From positions 3,887 through 67,886 of the forward strand of contig JAJYKS010000001.1 in the NCBI GenBank assembly GCA_021788365.1: 64,000 bases of DNA, given 5' to 3'. The translations under genes were made by a program, and so were the position numbers. The DNA comes from a bacterium. Its GTDB lineage: Bacteria > Patescibacteriota > Microgenomatia > UBA1400 > UBA12108. Shown here in pieces: positions 58,699 through 64,000 of the stretch (its first letter is position 1; the number at the start of each line of letters is the position of its first letter). The notes beneath the pieces were generated by a model. It did not search any database. It was not told the DNA's origin and saw nothing but the letters and a program-made list of their open reading frames with translations.

Positions 58699-59377
58699 GG
58701 TGCTCCTTTTTACCCACGTCTTTAACAAGTGCTCCTTTGTCAAATTGTAGCCGGCGTAGTTTACGATTTTTAATGAGTTCAAGGTCGTGAGTTGCCATTA
58801 AGACTGTTGTCCCTTGGCTGTTAATATCTCCCAAAAGCTCAATTATGCTCATGGCAGTATGTCCGTCAAGATTACCCGTTGGCTCGTCGGCGAAGAGAAT
58901 CTTAGGCTGGGGAGCGAGTGCACGGGCTATCGCCACCCGCTGCATCTCGCCGCCGGAGAGCTGCACGGGAAAATCGCTCTCTTTTCCGGATAAACCGGTC
59001 AACTCCAAGAGTTCGTTGCGACGCTTTATAGCGGTCTCATCCTCTAACCCCAAAATATCGAGCGCCAAATCGATATTCTCGGCAACCGTTCTATCCATGA
59101 GCAGCTTGAAGTCTTGGAATACAACGCCAATTTTGCGACGTAGGAGGGGGATATCACGAGATTTTAGGGTAGCGAGATTTATGCCGTCTATTTCTATCAC
59201 ACCAGATGAAGGCGTAAAATCTCTGATCATGGCGCGCATAACACTTGTTTTGCCAGCGCCAGACGCTCCCTCGACGATCACAAATTCTCCTGGCTCCACC
59301 GCAAAGCTAACATCATTGAGAGCCACCGTGCCATTACCGTATTTTTTCGTAACGTTTGTAAAGACTATCATACTCAT
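58688..59377 (-). CDS. ftsE: Cell division ATP-binding protein FtsE
   Basis: 229 aa. Walker A 'GASGAGKTS', ABC signature 'LSGGEMQRVAIARAL', Walker B 'ILFADEPTGNLD'. Confidence 0.9.
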   Translation of the reverse strand: MSMIVFTNVTKKYGNGTVALNDVSFAVEPGEFVIVEGASGAGKTSVMRAMIRDFTPSSGVIEIDGINLATLKSRDIPLLRRKIGVVFQDFKLLMDRTVAENIDLALDILGLEDETAIKRRNELLELTGLSGKESDFPVQLSGGEMQRVAIARALAPQPKILFADEPTGNLDGHTAMSIIELLGDINSQGTTVLMATHDLELIKNRKLRRLQFDKGALVKDVGKKEHHES

Positions 59378-59422
59378 TTGACGTGCCTTGCGTGAACACG
59401 TGACACGTGCACACGAAACGAT

Positions 59423-59998
59423 TTATTCTGGCTGGCCGCTGGTGGACGGCGAATCTGCCGGAGCGGCGTTGAGCTCTAGAACTTTTAGTTTACCTACGTC
59501 CATGAGCCAGCCTGCTTTCTTACCGGTGTTGGTTTGACCCCATACGTGGACAGAATCACCGACAAACATATCGAGATCGACCACCGAGGAAGTGAGATAG
59601 ACCCACTGTGAAGCGTTTGCGCCGCGAACTAAGTGATGCGTCCCTTCGCCGCCGATACCACCTTTTTGGAGTACGCCTTCCACTTCATCCTTAAACGTTG
59701 TCGTGTCGTTGGTGCCAAAGGTGTCGCCGACGTGGATACTACCCTGGCTACTTGGGTTTTGCTGCAAGGCACTTGTTCCTGGTGCAACGGCGGCAGTACC
59801 GAGGCGACTCTTGGCAAAAAGGAATCCGGAAGTGGCACCAGCGACCACCCCAACAATAATCGCGATTATGAGAATTTTGCCTGTATTAGCCGACTTTGCG
59901 ACTGGTTCGACCGACTCCATAGGGGAAACCTCCTTCACTTGGGGAGCTGTGGTCCCCTCCTCTTGTAGATTGATTTGCTTGAGTTCGTCCATACACAT
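59423..59998 (-). CDS. Membrane-anchored hypothetical protein with extracytoplasmic domain
   Basis: Likely start MCMDELKQ/MDELKQ (59998/59992). The longer ORF overlaps prfB. One transmembrane segment (ILIIAIIVGVVAGATSGFLFA). No recognised motif. Confidence 0.4.
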   Translation of the reverse strand: MCMDELKQINLQEEGTTAPQVKEVSPMESVEPVAKSANTGKILIIAIIVGVVAGATSGFLFAKSRLGTAAVAPGTSALQQNPSSQGSIHVGDTFGTNDTTTFKDEVEGVLQKGGIGGEGTHHLVRGANASQWVYLTSSVVDLDMFVGDSVHVWGQTNTGKKAGWLMDVGKLKVLELNAAPADSPSTSGQPE

Positions 59999-60047
59999 GC
60001 CTCCGACGAAATATACGACCATTTCACTATACCATAGCCAGCGAAAT

Positions 60048-61091
60048 TTAAGAGAGCAACTTGAGCTCGGCTTGGATAAATCCATCGAGGTCACCATCTA
60101 GTACTGCATCGGCACTCGACGTCTCGTATCCTGTTCTCACGTCTTTTACCAGTTTGTAGGGGTGCAGCACATAGGAACGGATCTGATTACCAAAACTTGC
60201 CAGCTTGTGTTCACCCCGCTCTTCGGCTAGCTCGCGGCCCTTTTTGTCTTCTTCGATTTCCCATAGTTTGGCTTTGAGACGCGCGAGGGCTTTTTGACGG
60301 TTGCGCTCCTGATAGCGCTCCTCGGTACAGACAACGGCTATGCCGGTTGGCTTGTGAATGAGACGTACTGCTGTCGAGACCTTGTTCACATTTTGGCCGC
60401 CGTGTCCCCCTGCGCGGAAAAACTGCCACTCCAAGTCCTCGTCTTTTACCTGGACATCCGCATCCTCCTCCTCAACGGCTGGTGTTACCTCTACAAGTGA
60501 GAAACTGGTCTGGCGGAGGTTGTCGGCGTTAAAGGGTGAGAGGCGTACCAAACGGTGGGTTCCCGACTCGCGTTTTAGCATCCCGTACGAATTCTTGCCC
60601 TTGAAGCGAACCGAGACGGATTTTAACCCCGCCTCGTCTCCCGGCGTCTCTTCCAATACTTCGTAGCCCCACCCCTGCCGTTCACCGTAGCGCATATACA
60701 TGCGATAGAGGATACCCGACCAATCCATGGCCTCGGTGCCACCTGCACCAGCGTGAATACTCAGAATGGCTTCGAGGCCGTCATAGCGCCCCGAGAGGTA
60801 TGTCGCGAGCTCGAGCTTGCCCAAGGCCGATTCGGCGATGGCCGTGTATTTGTCCACGTCCTCACCAAGCTCTGCGGCAGTCTCCGCGTCGCCGATTACC
60901 CCCTCGACATGTTTGACACTGTCTAGGGTTTCGTCTATTTCTGACAAGCGTTGGCTTTTCTTTTGTGCGTCCGGACGACCCCAGAAATCACCCTCGGCCA
61001 TCTCGGCGAGGAGCGCGTTTTTTTCCACCGATAGATCGGCGAGACGTAGTTTGGTTCTTATCGCGTCTAAGCGACTCTGAAAATCGATCAT
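60048..61091 (-). CDS. prfB: Peptide chain release factor 2 (no programmed +1 frameshift site)
   Basis: Start [25 protein letters not shown] at ATG 61091. 'SPF' tripeptide (RF2-specific) and '[21 protein letters not shown]'. The N-terminus is collinear with E. coli RF2 through the position of the usual CUU-UGA-C shift site. Confidence 0.9.
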   Translation of the reverse strand: MIDFQSRLDAIRTKLRLADLSVEKNALLAEMAEGDFWGRPDAQKKSQRLSEIDETLDSVKHVEGVIGDAETAAELGEDVDKYTAIAESALGKLELATYLSGRYDGLEAILSIHAGAGGTEAMDWSGILYRMYMRYGERQGWGYEVLEETPGDEAGLKSVSVRFKGKNSYGMLKRESGTHRLVRLSPFNADNLRQTSFSLVEVTPAVEEEDADVQVKDEDLEWQFFRAGGHGGQNVNKVSTAVRLIHKPTGIAVVCTEERYQERNRQKALARLKAKLWEIEEDKKGRELAEERGEHKLASFGNQIRSYVLHPYKLVKDVRTGYETSSADAVLDGDLDGFIQAELKLLS

Positions 61092-61368
61092 GAGCGTATT
61101 GTAACAGCCTATAGACACTAGGTGTAGAATTTTCCCATGGTCAATGCCGTGAGTGAGAATATGCATGGTAAGCCACCGGGTTTTTATCTTGGGTTTTATG
61201 GTACCAAAGAAGGTGACCTGATTGGTGGTACATTTATTCCACTCGCCGGTCCTGAGGATACACCAGATAGTTTTGTGCTAGGAACGGCCTCAACGATGGC
61301 GGTGGTTGCATCGCTTGTCGAATGGGATGGTACGAACCTGTCCCCTGTAGATACGTAAGCTATAGAGA

Positions 61369-61436
61369 GATTTTTTTCACTCGGTCGATATTCTCTTTAT
61401 CTGGACCTGTACCTTCGATCCCGGGGACTTCGAGGA
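61369..61436. repeat. 68-bp direct repeat, copy A (duplicated nfo 3' end fragment)
   Basis: Identical to 62557..62624 (GATTTTTTTCACTCGGTCGATATTCTCTTTATCTGGACCTGTACCTTCGATCCCGGGGACTTCGAGGA). On the minus strand it encodes ...LEVPGIEGTGPDKENIDRVKKISL*, the Nfo C-terminus. Confidence 0.8.
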
Positions 61437-61461
61437 AAAGTAACTGACTTACCTGGAAGCA

Positions 61462-62496
61462 TTAAACTGTGATCTCAATTTTCCCAGGAATGTTTACACT
61501 ACCAAACATATCAAACTCTTTGGCACCAAGCTTCTTTAGTAGATTCATGTCATTTTCAGCCAGGTCTGGCCTTCCGATTAGCGTTTGATTGGTCTTATCC
61601 ACTAAATTATACATGCTCGAAGATACTGCTCCCGTAAATTTATACCTATTGTCATCGGAATATATGCTCATGATCCTTGCCGAGTCTTCGCTTGAGAGGC
61701 CAAAACTTTTAAGCGTTTTTTCGGCCATATCATGAGATCTGTAAAATTGGTCGAACATCGTATCTGCAACTTTTCCTGTTGCTTCTGCAGCTTTTTCATC
61801 CAGGCCCATTCCAAAATCTAATTGCCAATAGTATCTATCTGTCGCAGTGATGCTTAATCCTTGCTCGAATGCAACACGTTCTAAATACTCGTCTCTAGAG
61901 ACAATTGTTGCTTCTGTTGTACGAAGCGTATATTTTGCCCCCCCAAACGCATTATAATTTTCCTCTGAAAGACTTAGCCATTCCCGAGCGTCTAGGCCTA
62001 CTTCTAGCCCCGTATCGCCTTCCATCTGTCTCAATGCCATCTTAGTGAATCTATCGTACATTTCGGGGGGAATTTTCTTTTGACCACTTACATAATCTCT
62101 TATATTGGCTATCGCTGTGGATATTAATACTCCAACAAAAGCCTCCGGATTGGTTTTTGCTGGTTTTTCCAACAAGAAAGAAATGTCAAAAGGCCGACCA
62201 TCACCGTATAAATAATGTTCCATTGTCAGGCCGGCACCACCAAGCCCCATCTCTTTACTATATTTAGCCGTAGTTTCTGCAAATAGCCAAACCATAGCCA
62301 GTTTTCGTGAATCGAGTATTCTTTGTGGATCTCTACTCATTTCGGCACTAGCTAGTTCCTTTATTACTTTTAAGCCGTTAATAACATGAGGATCTCCTGC
62401 CATTTTTTCTGCTTGGATGCCTAAGAACGCGGCGCCTACAGCTAGGCTACTTACCTTTAAGAAATCTCTGCGTGAAAATTTTTTTGTTTCTGACAT
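61462..62496 (-). CDS. Tat-signal-peptide secreted protein of unknown function
   Basis: 344 aa. N-terminus 'MSETKKFSRRDFLKVSSLAVGAAFLGIQA' is a twin-arginine signal. No recognised catalytic motif. Sits inside the repeat-flanked 1.1 kb segment. Confidence 0.65.
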   Translation of the reverse strand: MSETKKFSRRDFLKVSSLAVGAAFLGIQAEKMAGDPHVINGLKVIKELASAEMSRDPQRILDSRKLAMVWLFAETTAKYSKEMGLGGAGLTMEHYLYGDGRPFDISFLLEKPAKTNPEAFVGVLISTAIANIRDYVSGQKKIPPEMYDRFTKMALRQMEGDTGLEVGLDAREWLSLSEENYNAFGGAKYTLRTTEATIVSRDEYLERVAFEQGLSITATDRYYWQLDFGMGLDEKAAEATGKVADTMFDQFYRSHDMAEKTLKSFGLSSEDSARIMSIYSDDNRYKFTGAVSSSMYNLVDKTNQTLIGRPDLAENDMNLLKKLGAKEFDMFGSVNIPGKIEITV

Positions 62497-62544
62497 TGGT
62501 AGAATTCTATCTTATCTGCGTCAAAATATTAATAGGAATACCTG

Positions 62545-63390
62545 TTAGTTCTTGCAGATTTTTTTCACTCGGTCGATATTCTCTTTATCTGGACCTGTAC
62601 CTTCGATCCCGGGGACTTCGAGGAGCAGGGGTAAGGATGCGAGGCGGGGGTGATTAATCAATCGCTTCAATCCTTCGCTACCGATGTAGCCATCGCCAAT
62701 ATTTTGGTGCATGTCGTGAGCGGAGCCCAGTGGTGTTTTGCTGTCGTTTAAATGCAGTACGTCCAATTTGTCCCAACCTATGTATTTTTCGATATCTTTC
62801 ACCCACATCTCGAGACCTGCCTCGGTCACAAAATTGTAGCCTGCCTCGAACGCGTGAGCAGTGTCTAGACAGATTTTTAGCCTGTCGGATGTAACTGCGG
62901 AAAAGATATCGGCAAGTTCAGGCAGCGAGCCAATTTTGCCTTTTTGACCGGCAGAATTTTCGAGGATGAGTACGGAGCCATTTGGTGTTGCATCCAGCAC
63001 TTCTTTGATTACCGTTATTACCTGATCCTTTACCACCCTCCACCCGCGACCCTGATGGGAACCTATGTGGAGGATAACACCCGCCGCGCCGATTGCTGCG
63101 CCGTTCGTCATATCCATGATGAGCGCCTTCTTCGATTTCTCCAGAAGCTCGGCGTTGTCAGATGCGAGGTTGGTCAAATACAATGCGTGGATGTATATAG
63201 GTCGTAGGTCACGGATCATAGATTGCTCGCGAAAGGCCTCCGCAACCTTTGTCGGATATGGTGTTCGTGCCCACATGCGGGGAGAGCCGGCAAAAATCTG
63301 CATGCAGTTGCCCCCAATCGCGATAGTATTTTCGATCGCGTTTTGCAGGCCACCTGCTGTACTGACGTGTCCACCTATTCGGCGAGTCAT
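62545..63390 (-). CDS. nfo: Endonuclease IV (AP endonuclease, TIM-barrel)
   Basis: 281 aa. 'HVSTAGGL...ENSAGQK...LDTAHAF...DVLHLND...' metal-ligand blocks of the Nfo family. SD AAGGAG 7 nt upstream. Confidence 0.9.
   Translation of the reverse strand: MTRRIGGHVSTAGGLQNAIENTIAIGGNCMQIFAGSPRMWARTPYPTKVAEAFREQSMIRDLRPIYIHALYLTNLASDNAELLEKSKKALIMDMTNGAAIGAAGVILHIGSHQGRGWRVVKDQVITVIKEVLDATPNGSVLILENSAGQKGKIGSLPELADIFSAVTSDRLKICLDTAHAFEAGYNFVTEAGLEMWVKDIEKYIGWDKLDVLHLNDSKTPLGSAHDMHQNIGDGYIGSEGLKRLINHPRLASLPLLLEVPGIEGTGPDKENIDRVKKICKN
62557..62624. repeat. 68-bp direct repeat, copy B (authentic 3' end of nfo)
   Basis: Identical to 61369..61436. Encodes the last 23 codons or so of Nfo. Confidence 0.8.
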
Positions 63391-63402
63391 TTGTTCTCCT
63401 TA

Positions 63403-63450
63403 CTTTTCAAGTACCAATTTTCAATTTTCATTCAAACTCCAATTATCAAT
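63403..63450 (-). promoter_or_regulatory. AT-rich AATTGAAAATTG-type upstream element (nfo), here followed by a canonical SD
   Basis: Minus strand TTGATAATTGGAGTTTGAATGAAAATTGAAAATTGGTACTTGAAAAGTAAGGAGAACAA then ATG 63390. Confidence 0.35.
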
Positions 63451-63453
63451 GTT

Positions 63454-63873
63454 TTAAGGTAACGCAAGTGGCGAGGCTGCGGGCGACGCGGATGCAGATT
63501 CGTATTGGGTTACGACTGTTTTGCAGTAGTTGTACTGAATCTGCGCCGCTTCTTTGGCAGGCAAGTCTTTTACCTGATTTTGTAGGCTATTTAAGGCTTG
63601 ATTTATGATCGGTCCTCCCTGACCACCAGTCACTTGGTTGATAGCGTCGGTACCTGCACTTACCGCTCGAGTGACACTTTCCCCCAACACATTTGCCACT
63701 TGGCTCCAAGCATCTCCCGATTGGGCAATTGCCGCCGACGGGGAGATGGAGACGTTGCTGAGTGAGGCGGGCACACGGCGCGCGGACTGGCGATAGAAAA
63801 TGTAGCCGCCATACGCGATGCCGGCGAGTAGGAGGAGCGCGAGGAAGAGCTTCATGTCTTTAGTATAGCCCAT
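63454..63873 (-). CDS. Small membrane-anchored hypothetical protein
   Basis: 139 aa. N-terminal transmembrane segment (LFLALLLLAGIAYGGYIFY). Low-complexity Ala/Gln-rich periplasmic part. Confidence 0.4.
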   Translation of the reverse strand: MGYTKDMKLFLALLLLAGIAYGGYIFYRQSARRVPASLSNVSISPSAAIAQSGDAWSQVANVLGESVTRAVSAGTDAINQVTGGQGGPIINQALNSLQNQVKDLPAKEAAQIQYNYCKTVVTQYESASASPAASPLALP

Positions 63874-63894
63874 TCGACGTTGCTCAGGGCGGGC

Positions 63895-64000
63895 TTACTC
63901 GTAGCGGAGAGCTTCAATGGGACTGAGCTGTGCAGCTTTCCTCGCTGGGAACACGCCAAAGACGATTCCTGTTGCTAGGGACACGCCAAAGGCAAGGAGG
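63895..64000 (-). CDS. C-terminal end of an FtsX/MacB-type ABC transporter permease (partial; N-terminus beyond the window end)
   Basis: Manual translation ...[34 protein letters not shown] matches the conserved C-terminal helix and tail of MacB/LolE/FtsX-like permeases. Stop TAA at 63895-63897. Confidence 0.45.
   Translation of the reverse strand, partial: LLAFGVSLATGIVFGVFPARKAAQLSPIEALRYE

Noticed and set aside
60048-61166. Possible programmed +1 frameshift in prfB, and the N-terminal extension [25 protein letters not shown]
   Set aside because: The frame is continuous and collinear with RF2 from MIDFQ. No CUU-UGA-C-like site is present. The extension is most likely upstream non-coding sequence.

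Overview
The window looks like a small-genome, CPR/Patescibacteria-like bacterium read in the standard genetic code, with almost everything on the minus strand. UGA is used as a stop, and there is no CRISPR, integrase, reverse transcriptase or phage gene. The main contents are:

(i) 1-23 kb: a cell-envelope glycosylation locus. It has at least seven ArnT/PMT-like GT-C membrane glycosyltransferases and five GT2 enzymes, three of them polyprenyl-phosphate-sugar synthase-like and paired with GT-C genes. It also has a Wzx-like flippase and nucleotide-sugar enzymes: ugd plus a UDP-glucuronate decarboxylase (UDP-xylose), gmd plus rmd (GDP-D-rhamnose), and further on rmlA, rmlB, an FdtA-like isomerase and an RmlD-like reductase, with no RmlC.

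(ii) 23-36 kb: housekeeping and envelope genes (trmD, two NUDIX hydrolases, a MazG-like protein, an AlkA-like glycosylase, rarA, rmlA, a Ca/Na exchanger that looks truncated, and a SurA-N-like chaperone). This block includes a sortase immediately next to a Ser/Pro-repeat secreted substrate.

(iii) 36-44 kb: three large secreted or surface repeat proteins: a 187 aa and a 779 aa protein sharing TGGN[ST]Q repeats plus CARDB-like domains, and a roughly 1620 aa protein with Ig-like repeats, a LamG-like domain and a C-terminal transmembrane anchor.

(iv) 44.3-51.2 kb: an atypical rRNA region on the minus strand, ordered 16S, terminator, bcp peroxiredoxin gene, inverted tRNA-Ile, promoter, tRNA-Ala, 23S, 5S. 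The 23S carries a roughly 600 nt group I intron with a LAGLIDADG homing-endonuclease ORF and a second ORF-less insertion of about 290 nt.

(v) 51-64 kb: galE, a lamin-tail-domain protein, an O-antigen-ligase-like protein, an FtsE/FtsX/PcsB-like module, prfB with no programmed frameshift, and nfo. Next to nfo is a 1.1 kb single-gene cassette encoding a protein with a Tat signal peptide, flanked by 68 bp direct repeats that duplicate the nfo 3' end.

The 68 bp-repeat cassette next to nfo is the structure most likely to represent a small, undescribed integration event, and is the first thing worth checking. A short AT-rich motif (AATTGAAAATTGAAAATT) recurs upstream of four genes.
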